Positions 13,080 to 26,034 of a stretch of DNA of 64,000 bases are shown piece by piece (the first letter of the stretch is position 1; every line of letters starts with the position of its first letter). Both the position numbers and the translations under genes were made by a program. The DNA is from Eledone cirrhosa (lineage: Eukaryota): NCBI GenBank assembly GCA_964016885.1, contig OZ024740.1, forward strand, positions 94,178,001 to 94,242,000, in the 5' to 3' direction. The notes below the pieces were generated by a model. That model saw nothing but the letters and a program-made list of their open reading frames with translations, was not told where the DNA came from and did no database searches.

Positions 13080-13373
13080 TCCAATTGGCACTCAATTGTT
13101 TATGGCCACTAGTTGTATAGTTGAATCGATCATCGAAACAGCCTGCTCATGAAATTAAAGCACACGTGGTTGAACATGCTACGTAAACGTGTACCCTGAA
13201 CGAATATCTCAGAATGATTCAGCCTGGAAAAGAAATTGGCAAGGCTGGAGCTTCGAATTAGGCAACGTAAAATATAATGACTTGCTCCAAGACGCAAACA
13301 GCTGCAGGGAATAGAACTCCCGACCTTACCATTGTTAGTCGAATATCATTACTATCAAGCCTCGTGCATTCAC
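13080..13373 (-). mobile_element. tRNA-derived SINE (cephalopod-like)
   Basis: Minus strand reads gtgaatgcacgaggcttgatagt..gggagttctattccctg..tcttggagcaagtca: decayed A/B boxes then body; resemblance to octopus SINEs is from memory. Confidence 0.65.
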
Positions 13374-15644
13374 ATAGATAACTACTACGCAATTAGTCAA
13401 TAATGATCTACTGACGTTTGGATGAAACCTGATAAAAGAAGTTGTTATGGATACGTTATATATTGAACTTCTAATAATGTCGTGGGTATAATGCAAGGGA
13501 ACTCTTATTCATGTTTGTTATGTTTATGGGTTTACAGATAGCCGTATTATTGTGTGTTTACATATAGTATTATGGAACATTCATTAACCTTTGCTTTATA
13601 GTTATCTTGTGCATGTGCGAACATTTCATTTGGCCCCACCTCTTCAATCTCGAGGTGGCCAGTGTACTCGGAGCATCACAGCTCCTCTCAGCTTCTGGTA
13701 CCTTAAAGATGCGACGATAGACAACCGGCAGAGAGGGTCTGTCAGGATCTCTAATCAGTGGAACCCTCTCTGGCCTGGAATAGCCTGGTGATGACCTAAA
13801 TCGAAAGTCTTCAATGTCAATTATGACGCAAAGAGTTTCAAAGCATTCGTCTACAATGTCCGAGTATCACTCCTTCAGGAGCAGGTGACCCCTGAGGAAG
13901 ACAACCTTATTATCGGATCCATCATTCTCTCGGCTGTCAATCGTGTTGCCCTCATGTTCAGCGAAGGCCAGCTAGAATCCATGAGTATTAGACTGAGACA
14001 GATCGACTTTCACCCAGCACACATTTTGTTGAGAAATTGCTTCACAAAGCCGAAGCACTTATATGTTATTTGCAGTGACCCAGCTACAACTAAGTATCGC
14101 TCCTCACAGATCCCGATGTCTGTATCCGAATCGTTACTGAGTGGATATTCAAAGTCCTGTCTGCTTACCTTTTGTCGCTGAGCATTTTTCATATCCTCAT
14201 GTACAAATGTACAAGGATCTCCAAAACATACTGAAGCTACTTGTATGGGAGCACGCGAGGAGGCATACGCATCATGGCACCATCCCGGACTCCATCTTTT
14301 GACTGTTCCTTCCGCTCTCCCCTCTGTAGATGTCCCGAACCCCAAAATAAATAGGAAGCCATCGTTTGCAACATGATTTCGGAATGGCTGGTGTGTTGAT
14401 TTGGCCAGCATCATCATGATGTTTCTCGCCAAGCTCCCATCAGCACAGTGGTGCCTGGCTAAACGTAGCTCCATCATTTACGACAGCCAAACGGCTTGTG
14501 AATCGGTATTTCCGCGAGGCTCTGCTTCCGTGTATGTGGGTCCCACGAACTCCGTTGCTCTCTTGCCATTAGATTCCTGTCCTCAGATCACGACGTTATA
14601 CACACATACACAAAATAAACAAAAGTATGAAATTTACTATTTCAACAATTCTATTTATTGTATTTGATTTTACATTACTTACTTGGTTTATAAAATGTAA
14701 GTCTATTTGTTATTTTTCATTACATTAACTTTCGTATCAATCATAATTTAAAAAATATATTTTTTTAAATATTAGTAAACCTTAGTCTGTTTATGACGCT
14801 CTAAATCAACCTGAACTCTATTATGTGGGAAAATGTTAAATGCTCTCAAAGTAATTATAAAATATGTTATTGCAATTACGATTAACAGAATCACAAAACC
14901 CTACATATGCTGGAAGCAAAAAAAGACCGGTGCGATTTTCTAAAACAAAGGAATGTATCATATCTACTATTAACACAAGAAAAGAAAAATGGAAGAAAGT
15001 AACTAGTAGCTTCATGAAACAACACCCAATCACAATTCATATCAAGAACATGAATATATAGTTTAGGTAGTCACGAAAGTGGGTAAAAACAAGGGATATA
15101 TTAGAATACATCAATAACTACTACACATCACACTGAATACAATTAAATACGTCTCCTGAAATATAACTCATTAAACAAAGAAACAGAAATATACATACAT
15201 ACATGCGTATATACAGGCATGCGCGCGCACACACACACACACGTATATATATATATATATATATTTATATGTGTGTGTGTGTGTGTGTGTGCGAATATAT
15301 ATATATATATATTATATTATATTATATTATATTATATTATTAATAGTTATACCAATAAAGTTATTAAGTTGAAAGTTTTCCAGAAGTTTATAAGGGCGAT
15401 GCAATGGAGATCACGAAGAGCTGATAAATAAGATTTGTAAAGAACTCCAAAGAATTAATACGTTTTCAAACTAACACATATTCCAATCGATATACCCTCA
15501 CCACGTGGTCGTTCAGTTACGTATGTAAACATTTTAAAATTCCTCAAAGAGGATTTTCAAACTTCTCCTTATGGATTTACACTAAGCCATGGGGAATTGG
15601 TTGACGTTTCTTTGTTTTCAGAGTTTATTTTCGCTCATTTTTAA

Positions 15645-15686
<42 letters not shown>

Positions 15687-15688
15687 AC

Positions 15689-15728
<40 letters not shown>

Positions 15729-15731
<3 letters not shown>

Positions 15732-15920
15732 TTACAGTGATGACGACATCAGTAATTATGGAAACTAGGTCAGTGAGAAATTTCGTATAGGATGCACAAT
15801 CATGGGAAATCTTCAAATAATAAAGGTTATTTTCCTTACTGGAAGAACTATATGCTTCACTAAAATACTTTCTTCAGATGAGCTCTAACGAGATTAAAAG
15901 CGAGATAATATCATTATAGT
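15729..15920 (+). ncRNA. two tandem degenerate hammerhead-like motifs
   Basis: gTGATGA..cat..atg-GAAAC-tag-GTC-agtga (15729-15777) and cAGATGA-gct..agc-GAGA-taat..atta (15872-15920). Confidence 0.45.
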
Positions 15921-16307
15921 TTTTGTGAGAGTTTTAACAGTTTTTATTGATGATAAGATGCAGTTCTTCCGTGATAAAGTCCGATGCTTTGGAATGGTGT
16001 AGTTAGAGTCAATCAAGTCTGAGATTGAAATATATTGCGGGCATTAAAAGAGAAAGCAAGCTGATATCTAAATTTGAAATGATCTGCCCTTCAAAAAAAT
16101 GGCTGTTATCTAAAATTCTCAAGACACTCTCTGCTGGTAGCTATTTTGTTTTTTTATAAAACTGGCTGAATGGGTTGGTGTATATAACCCAACGAAACTT
16201 AAGTAACTGTTGTAACTAAGTATACTTATCGCGTCCTGTGGACTGAGGGCCCTTACCATTGGATATTTGGATATTTCTACCAATCGTATACTACAGTCTA
16301 TCTGCCC

Positions 16308-16723
<416 letters not shown>

Positions 16724-18689
16724 AGGAGGGTTATGTATGTGTGTATATATACATGCATATATATGTGTGTGTATATTTGCCAGCGCATGTGTGTTTTCGT
16801 GTATGCATGTATAATAGATGAGCAGCTAAATGATCACTTTCCTATAGCATATTAAACTTATTCTATCAGGTAGAACCTAGAAACTCAGGCAGAATATAAA
16901 TGAGTGTTCGCTCATAATTTTTGAATGAAAAGTTTATAACTGTTGTACGTAAACAAAAATAATAATTCAATCACCAATTTGAGCAGAATATAAATGTTTT
17001 GTCATAAATTCAAAGCTTCAAAAAAATATAATCGCATTAATGCCGTAGACACGATATAGAAATATTTAAAACATAAATGAAGAGAAATACAATTATAAAT
17101 GTAGAAATATATATAAATGTAGATGTAACTGGGGTGATACACACACAAAAAAGAAAGTGTGTAAGCCATTTTTGGTTGGAGTATATACTTTACATTCGAA
17201 ATGTAAAGATCAAATAACTATTTAGTAATAAATATTGCCTTTTTTTCATTTCATTACTTTTATATATATAAACTGAATAAAAATAATAATGTAATTAAGG
17301 GTTCTCTCACTAAAAAGGTATTACACACGCCTCATAAATTATACAAATATATAATAAAATGTCGATATATTTTCAATGTTTTGTTTTATTTATATCATAA
17401 ATGTATAGGTGACATATGTAGTGTATAAACATGTTATAAATCTCATCACTTTAAAATTATTGTTACTGTAGAATAATTTTGCAGTGCATTGGGAACGTAG
17501 AAGCTTAGTCGCATGGATATATAATCGTTTGAATGAGCCATGACATACTATATTGTTCTTACATATTTAGTTCTTCCGCAGTTATCTATTTATTTACATT
17601 ATAGTTAAACGAACTCCATTTTTGACACATTCAAATGGCAAAGTTTCAGCTACTGCAAATTTGATGCAAAAGAAACCTTTTCGAAATTCAATGTTTTGCG
17701 ATTATCTATGATGATTGAGATACATGCTAATAATATGACATACTAATAGAAGTATGTGTCATCTTCAATTTATTCAGATTTTGTAATTTGAAATTTAGTT
17801 GATATATATTATGGAAATGACCCAAAGCCACTCGATCAAGTCCATGCATTTCATACAGATCTATGTATTAATTAGCTTGCCCTTTTTCCCGTGTTCACTG
17901 TCGTAAGGGAGGTCAGAGCTAACTAATATCAAGTAATATGCAGGATTAATACCTAACATCAATTCAATTCATTTGATATCTTAGCAATGTCGTTTCTCGT
18001 ATTCACAACGTCATTTCATTTTTTCACTAAATATAAGTTTGTTAGGTGACATAGTCTAATCCATCAATAGTGAATTATAAAGAACGGATGCTTAACCTCA
18101 AATATCACTGCACCTTTGAAATCTTATTTATAGAAAATGGTTGTAGACATGTGATAATATGTTTCTTAATCCGCCAGCGCTTCAAACGGAATAAGAAATG
18201 TAATTATTGGAAACCGTGTCGCATAATCTCTGAGCATGCAGTGAGTGGGATATACATCAAATAGGTGTTACGGGTGTACATGGCGCGTAATCTTCACATC
18301 TCTAGTAACTTAATCAATATGGCTTAGTGCTTTCTCCATTGTAGATTTTAGATTGGCATATCATTTGCAATAGAAGAATATACATGAACTAGATACATAT
18401 AAAATGTGTCCCATGAAAACACTATTAAGTTCGAATAAATAAAACTAATACTAGACTATGGTATAGTATCTATATAGTAACTAAAATTAGATAATAAACG
18501 GATATAATTGCTATTGACAATTAGTCCAGTTTGAATACATCAATACACAATATGAATAATGGATTATTTAATTTTCTTGATGGCTGTTTCATAGAAAAAG
18601 GCGATGTTGCCTTTACCGTTTAGATAAGATGGAGTACTGAAACCGATGATTGATTTCATTCACTCTATGCTCACATTGTTGTCACCCTA

Positions 18690-19000
18690 TGGAAGCAATG
18701 CAGCCGAATGATTAAGATGATCCAACATTCGGTACCAGGTTTGCTCTCAATGTGTGGTATTTGGAGCGAGTGTCTATTAGCATAGCTTAGGATATACCCG
18801 TGCCATGAGAGAGGAATGGAAATACGTTAACTATTTGAAAGGCTGTCAGATGATATGTGTGCCACGCTCAATGTTACTTTGAATAACGTGATATGCGCAC
18901 GTTAATTATATTGAGTCACTTGCAAGGTAATTTCGTAATTTCCTTGAGCGTACAACTGTAATAGTCATCAAGGACAGCGATGGGGTACAATACTTATGCA
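18690..19000 (+). mobile_element. highly decayed tRNA-derived SINE
   Basis: Head-like start and body segments (gccacgctcaatgtt, gagtcacttgcaaggtaatttcg) similar to the reverse complement of 13140-13240. Confidence 0.45.
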
Positions 19001-19406
19001 TCTCCAGTTATACGGCCAAATGTAAAGTTATGTACTATAACTGAAGAAAGTAGTCAAAGAGAAATTTCCATGCTATATCGTTCAGCTCAGACATAGTAAG
19101 TGTTGGTTCCACATTCAGAAATCATTATAAAAGATAAATAATTCTATTTTGGAGCAATCATTGGCCTTTTTTAAATGGGAATGTTTAATATATTAATTTT
19201 CTTGCTAGTTAATTGTATGTAATTATAATTCCACGTAAGGTTTAACAACATGTCGATCTAAAGCTGTGTTAATACTTCCTTCATTTCGATATATTTGACG
19301 GAAGTATTAGTATGTGATGTCTGAAGCTGTAAGGAGACCTACACTCTTTTCTCTATACAATAACCACTAATAATGGTTTCTTATTTAGGCATTTCTTATT
19401 TAGGCA

Positions 19407-20165
19407 TTTGCAGAGAGCACAGCTGACTTGCAAATCATTGTGAACAATATCAATGTCGAAGCAGGAAGCTTAGGTCTCAATATCAGTGCCAAGAAGACCA
19501 AAAGCATCTTATCTGTGACACACTCACCACTAACCAGTGATTTCATTGAACAGGGGAGGTGGAGATAGTGGACAACTTCACCTACCTAGGAAGCTCCATT
19601 AACAATGAGGGCACCATGGACAGTGAACTGCAATGTAGAATGGGAAAGGCTTCAGCAGCATTTAATCAACTTGACAAGATCTGGAAGAGCAGGAAGTTCA
19701 CCCTCAAAACAAAGATGAGATTCTACAACAGCAACCTACTGTCCACACTCTCGTACGGATGTGAAACATGGTACCTTAAGACCAGCCAAGAGAAGAAGTT
19801 GGACGCATTCGATTCCAGATGTCTGCGAAAGATCCTGGGGATTAAATGGAGTGAGCATGTAACAAACCAGGAAGTCAGGAACCGCACCAACCAGCAACAG
19901 GTCTCTTCTACTATCTGCAAGCGACGCCTGGGCTGGTTTGGACAGGCTTTGAGAGACTGGCGAACCAAGTACTTAAATGGAGCCCGCAGGGAAGTAGACG
20001 GATAGGGCGACATAAAATGAACTGGCGCCAGACAGATGAGAGGGACCTGCGAGCGACAAACATACAATGGTGGGACGCTGTGCAACCGGCTGCTGACTGA
20101 ACGCGCTGGAACACTATGATTGCCTCATGCGTCGCAAGACGCGGGATCATCTAAGGCTGAGTCTG
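19407..20165 (+). mobile_element. 5'-truncated RTE-like LINE (RT C-terminus), decayed
   Basis: GLNISAKKTK, VDNFTYLGS, SYGCETW, LDAFDSRCLRKILGIKW, RRLGWFG motifs; 9-bp target-site duplication atttaggca at 19398-19406 and 20166-20174. Confidence 0.9.
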
Positions 20166-20559
20166 ATTTAGGCACAAGGCCATATAATAACCACTAATAA
20201 TATTATCTATCATTATATACTGTGCATATCTTAAAATATATTAATGAAAAGAAAGAGTGAATGCATTAGCCATGACAATATTACTTTTGTGCAATTATCG
20301 GTGCCTAATTCTACCTGGCTATAACTTACTTTGAAATTACGCAAAGGAGTAAACATTAAGAAAGCAATAAAATAAACAAATATCATACAATAAAGAGTAT
20401 TAAATGATTTATATTGTAATGGTTGATACAATATATGATATGAAGCGATTAACATGTCTGTCTTTAAATATAACTCGCAGAGGTACCCGGCGTTGCGCGG
20501 TATAACTCTCAGTGGAGTAGTCGTTCAAATGAACCGAAAAAATTCCGTTAAACACGACT

Positions 20560-21070
20560 ATAGAAGTAACAATTTATAGGTTTTGCCCTAAAGATGCCTT
20601 TTGAACGTTCACTTTGAAATATCTCTACGGTCGTGCTGCCAGCAAAGACGAAGCCGATGGTAACAATTTAAATTTGGTGGCCCTAAAGAGAGCCTTGGAT
20701 TGTTAAAACTTAAACGACTAATCGGCGGTGCTGCCGGCAAAGACGAATCCAGCGATAACAATTTATATTTGGTGGCCCTGAAGAGGACCTTTTAACGTTC
20801 ACTTTGAAATATCTCAGCGGTGGTGCTGCCAGCAAAGATGAATCTGATAGTAACAATTGAAACTTGGTGGCCCTGAAGAGGGCTTTGGATCGTTCACTCT
20901 TAAAAGTCCTAGTGGCTGAATTGTCACTAAATACGACTCCGATTAGAGGCGGTGGCCCTTAAGAAGTCCTTCACACCACTTTGGTGTGTCGTACTTGCTT
21001 AGCTTGTTATTTGAGATTTTAACCTAGAAAAGCATGTAACACTCGGTGGCCACAAAAAACGGTCTTGGCA
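20560..21070 (-). repeat. ~95-bp tandem array, each unit with a histone-3'-type stem-loop
   Basis: Minus-strand 16-mers GGCTCT-CTTT-AGGGCC (20679-20694), GGTCCT-CTTC-AGGGCC (20774-20789), AGCCCT-CTTC-AGGGCC (20869-20884), GGACTT-CTTA-AGGGCC (20954-20969), each followed by ACC; decayed copies at ~20584 and ~21048. Confidence 0.8.
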
Positions 21071-21286
21071 AGATCACGCTGGAATGTCGAAAAAAGGTGT
21101 AAATAAGATGTAGGGAAAAGTAGATTAATTAGGTTAAAACTACGGAACTTCGATAGCAAAGCGTAATAGCAACATTAATAACGTATAGCAAAAGCAACCA
21201 CAGAGGCGTATGTGGTATTGTCAAAATGACAACAATAGCACACAGATACAGCAAATGTAACCACTTATACAAAAAAAAAACATCGA

Positions 21287-21845
21287 TTACTTGTTGGCAG
21301 ACAAAACTTTCTTATATACTATGTTTTGGGTTTTCTCGCGAGTTGCAAAAGCAAATAGGTTATGTCGGCTCTCCACTCATGAGCAGCCAACATATTGTTC
21401 ACCATGCGAGAAGCACGGTTCTTCTAAATTAAGCCCTACGACCGTCATCGCCTCACCCTGTGATTTGTTAATCGACATGGCGAAACTGAGCCGGAGAGAG
21501 AATTGCAGTCTTCTGAATGTGAAAGGAATGTCTTTACCGGATGGAATGAGAGGTATCCTTGGTTTTAAGACAGTATCCCCCTAAACCACATCCTGTAAGT
21601 ATTGTTACCTCAATAACATGAGGCACCGCCTTTTGGACGATCAGACGCGTGCCGTTGGAAAACCTTCGGGTTTCCAATTTCCTGAGGAGCATTTCAGCGG
21701 CACATTTCTTAAGTCGCACTAAGTGTAGTGGCAATCCGGGAGGGTCTACATAATTAAGAAATGATGTGGGGTAAATAACAACTTCGTCCGGATCAGCCAT
21801 AGAGTCAAGGGACTTATAGAGGTGCAGGTTTCCAAGCAAGCACAT
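21287..21845 (-). pseudogene. Helitron PIF1-like helicase C-terminus, frameshifted
   Basis: YPTSFLNYVDPPGLPLH..SNGTRLIV, then GLNLEEPCFSHGEQYVGCS..TQNIVYKKVL; stop at 21287-21289. Confidence 0.9.
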
Positions 21846-22328
21846 CGTGGTCGGAGGAGGGGTCGTAGTTAAAGGCCTTCAACAAACATCATTAATTGCA
21901 AGTCTTAAAAATTGCCCATCTTAGAAATGCCACGTAATAATGATCGCCGCTGTTCACTTTTCAGAAGTCCCCCACGTTGTTGGTCTATGGTTTGAGTATT
22001 TCGTGCAGCAGCAGTGTCAGCGGCGTCCCTGCTTGGTCGAACGGCGCGTCGTCCTTCATCCTCTCGCGCGCGAGCAGCGGCTATTGCTGTGGCGTCCCTG
22101 CTTCGTCGAACGGCACGTCGTCCTTCATCATCTCGTGTACGAGCAGCAGCAGTCGCGGCATCATCTTTGTTCCGTCAAAGTACACGCCGAGAGTCATCCT
22201 CATCCGCTCTCGCAGCTGCCGTGAGAGCCTGATCGCAGTCGTATTTACTTCGTCGGTGAGACGCCTTCGCTTAGACCTACTTGCATCATTAGATAATCGA
22301 CCAATGGAAGTTCTTTTCTTGGGGGCAT
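21846..22328 (-). pseudogene. Helitron RepHel N-terminus with charged repeats, joined by deletion to the helicase end
   Basis: ATG at 22328: MPPRKRTSIGRLSNDASRSKRRR..; ~22-aa repeats (AAARAREDEGRRAVRxSRDA); AFNYDP motif before the deletion junction. Confidence 0.75.
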
Positions 22329-23399
22329 TGTTTTTAGAAAATTAAGCAGGGCGAACAATAAATAGTGGGAAAATAACGTTTAAGTAAGAAAATCTAAACA
22401 CGGATATATATTGTGAAAAGATGTGATAAATATATGTGAACTGAGAATGTGGGTATATTTTGCAAGATTTTGTGTACTAGTAATGTTTCAGGTTTTAAGA
22501 TAGGATCAACGCAGCGTACGGACGACCTGTTATAAAGGAAATTAAATAGTGTGGCAACAGTGGTAGGTATATAAATGCCAGTATGTTTGTTCAGTTCGTA
22601 CATAGCAATAAGGAACTACTAACATTGAAAGGATACAGGCAAAAATGGCCGAAAAATCTCAGCATTATAAACTGGAACATTATGACCATAAATACATTAA
22701 CTAAACCTCCTTTAAGGAGACAAATGTTGAAGAAGCATGCGTTTCCGAAACATGGGGTAGCTTAAGAGACTACGCATGTAAAAAAAACCTGCCACTTGTC
22801 AAAAGCCAAAAAAGAAGTGTGATCCTAGGCCGGACTTCACCGATATAAATAGGAGTGATTTAGCTCAATTAACAACACTCGAGTTGTCTGATTGCTTAGA
22901 TAATACAAGTGTGATGAAATCTACTGAACACAGCGCACTGATGTGTGGTTGGACAGAGGTCGCCATTTCGCACTTAATTGAGGTGCAATTAAACTGGGGA
23001 GACAACCGGATGCAACAACTAATCAATCATTCGCACAGTTTAGGCATGAGCGTGAAATGGGACAATCCACATACAGTAGGCGTTAAAATTTACACCTGGC
23101 TTAAATGGTGCTTTCTTGGTTAGGAGTGTGAAATGACGCCAAAGTTCAAGGAAAAAAAATTAACTCCCCATTCCGCACCTAATTGTGTATGCAATTACAC
23201 GGGGGAAACAACCGGGTGCAAAATTAAATTCAACCCTCCTAAAGTTAACAAAACAAACTAAAGTTAAATCAGGGGGATTTACAAATTTCGCTTCTCCATT
23301 TGTAGGAGATGAGTAACCGATGCGTCAACTTTCGTTTAATTTGACTTTTATTTTCAGAAGTTGAAATGCATTGCTGCTACCTTTATATGAACTTTAAAA

Positions 23400-24330
23400 G
23401 TGGTCCAAAGGGCCTCACTGCCTCACCCCAGGGGGTTCCCTTGCAAAATTCAAGTGACAACAAATGTGGGGTGATTTATCTTATGGCAGGCAATAACCAC
23501 TTCCTTTAGTTTTTGTAAGAATCAAGTATAAACTCCCGAGGTTAAAGTGCTTTTTTATTGTGGCAGTTTGAAATTTTATAGGTTAATGGATTGGGCTCAT
23601 TGTTCCCGGGGCGTCCTCTTACTGAAGTGAAATGAAAGTAAATGTGCCTCACTGCATCTTCATATGTATTACATGAATAACAACTAAGTCGAAATTCGTT
23701 TTATTGGACTAACAATTATCGAAGTTATGGCGCTTTGCTGCATTACAGTAGCCAAACTCAATAAATGACCCGCTGGGGCTTACTGCCCCCTGGTGTCCCC
23801 TTGCTTGTTCCGGGTATAGACAGTGTCTTCAACATCATCTTTAGGCAATAAGCAACCAATGTGTCCGGTAAAGTTTAAATCGAACGTAAACTTCAAAGTT
23901 ATCAGGCACTAATACAGTGTTAATGTGAACTTCAATAGATAAGTCGAAATATATTACTGCCCCCGTGTCCCCCTGATAACTTCAAGTAAAAGTTCGTGTG
24001 TTCACCTTCCCTTGTAAGCCATGGGTAACCAATACGTCTCGCTTCGTGAAAACCAAACACCAACTCAAGCAGTGTTGTTGCACTGATGATATGAACTTCA
24101 ACATTCATCAAGTCGGTTTACTTCCAATGAAGGGGTCCCCTGTCTGAATTTCTGCGCAAATACATGCCTGTAAATGTAATTGTAGGCCATAAGCTAACGA
24201 CAGATTAATTTTGGTCAAGAGGGGAGGTAAACTGCAGGAATTATGGGGCCTTTATGCAGTAGTACTGCTGACTCCAAACGATAGACTTAAGGAGGTCTTC
24301 TGCCCCTGGGGGACCCCACACTCGATCTAC
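23400..24330. repeat. diverged ~175-180-bp tandem array in the Helitron A 5' region
   Basis: Recurrent ctgcccc..gg(g/t)gtcccc motif near 23420, 23605, 23785, 23960, 24130 and 24300. Confidence 0.6.
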
Positions 24331-25374
24331 GGAGAAATAAAATAACCTACAGTGTTGTAAAATGTAGAAATGCGTGCGGTTACACAAACAGACAGACAGG
24401 CATCTTCTGTTATATATATATAGATTAGCTTACGCAAAAAACACGCCTCTAATTTTAATATATAGCTTCATAAATTCACATATTACCTTCATTAACTTTG
24501 TGATATTTGTCTATGTAGATATATTGGAATATACGAATATTACATGGTGTTTTGAAGGTGTTCATTTACAATATCTTCTTGTGTGCGTTGGGTGATGAAA
24601 GAAAAAAACAACACGCAATTCCGTCTGAAAAATAGTGTAATGTAATTGTTTCTACTTTTGGCACAAGGCCAATATAATGAGGTGATAACATTCATTTGTA
24701 TGATATGAAAGTATAACACTTTAGCAATAAGCATATTGAACGTACAATAAGACAAATATGTAGCATAGACATAGACCAATGAATTATTGTATTTCTTATT
24801 ACGACCCTTCGTCTTATAGATTCAGTATATGAGACGAATCCGATGTATGCACACCAATTAATATAACCATGATTAACGATGAAATTTAATTAGTTTCAGA
24901 CATAGTGAAACTCAATTCACAGTAAACTATTGTAAAGTTGAATATAGTAAAGCGTATTAAATGTACTAACTCATATCCCGTTCGTGTATAGACAATGAAA
25001 TGTTATATTATAGTAGCATTTTAGGAGACGTAATAGAATACATATGTGATATTGTGCTCATATAAGATAAGACATACAAGGAGCTCATAAATAGGTTATT
25101 TTCCCAAAGTCGAAATATATAGCTTATGCTTGTTCAAATTGATCACACACACATGCACACTCAAACTTGTATATATGTATATATATATATATATATATAT
25201 AACGAAGGAAGTGTGGTAAGGAAGCATATGGACCAGAGTACTCACTATTTAAGGTAGTAGAGTGGGTAATAGGATAATGTTGAAGACCCCGACGGCTTCT
25301 TCTGCTATTTCTCATCCAGAAATAGCCGTCGAAATTGCTTGAACTCTGCCGTCGTGGTCTTGTACAATTTCCCA

Positions 25375-25450
<76 letters not shown>

Positions 25451-26034
25451 AGAGAGAGAGAGAGATATAGATATATATAGGAAATATTATGACAGAGCCC
25501 AGGCCGTTTCGACGGCTATTTCTGGACTAAATTAGAATTTCTAGCCTGGTGCATAAATAGCCGACCTTGTCAAAGGGGTACTTCCTTATATGGGAGGATT
25601 GTAGTTGTCAAGTGGATTGGTTAAAATTTGTTGTAAACACAAATAGGTCTATCATGGCAATTGGAGGGTGGTAGGGGTGGCTGAATTTGCCTGTAGAACA
25701 ATGGGGTGTGAGTGGAGCCGGTCAAGCGTTGAAAGTAATATGTATACAGCAGATTCTGAGGATAGTTTATGAAATGGAAGAGGGAGGTTATAGAATAGGT
25801 AATTCGAATGAGAGTAGGAGATAATAAAAGATAATAGAAAGAAATAAAAAAAATATATATAGAATTAGATACAATATATTTAGAAACACACAGATACATG
25901 CGGACACACACATATACATGAATGCATCCAGATCCATCCCTGAGTTAATGGTGCCAACCATAACCGATGTTGCTCTATGAATAACTGGGACAGACCTATC
26001 CGGTTGGATTAGACTGAACCAGTATCAGAGAAAC

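Larger units (their letters stand above)
20474..24424 (-). mobile_element. internally deleted Helitron (Helitron A)
   Basis: 5' A|TCTATATATAT at 24424; 3' hairpin ccgcgcaacgccggg + tacctctgCGAG|T (CTAG variant) at 20474; RepHel remnants inside. Confidence 0.85.

Noticed and set aside
15340-15431. SYTNKVIK..FQKFIRAMQWRS resembling a Naiad N-terminus
   Set aside because: Too short and degenerate to call with confidence.
20970-21010. SKYDTPK upstream of a stem-loop, faintly like the histone H2B C-terminus
   Set aside because: Similarity too weak; no histone-fold sequence nearby, so no captured histone gene is claimed.
20560-21070. Regularly spaced palindromic repeats suggestive of a CRISPR array
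   Set aside because: Spacers are homologous to each other, the context is eukaryotic and there are no cas genes; it is a tandem repeat.
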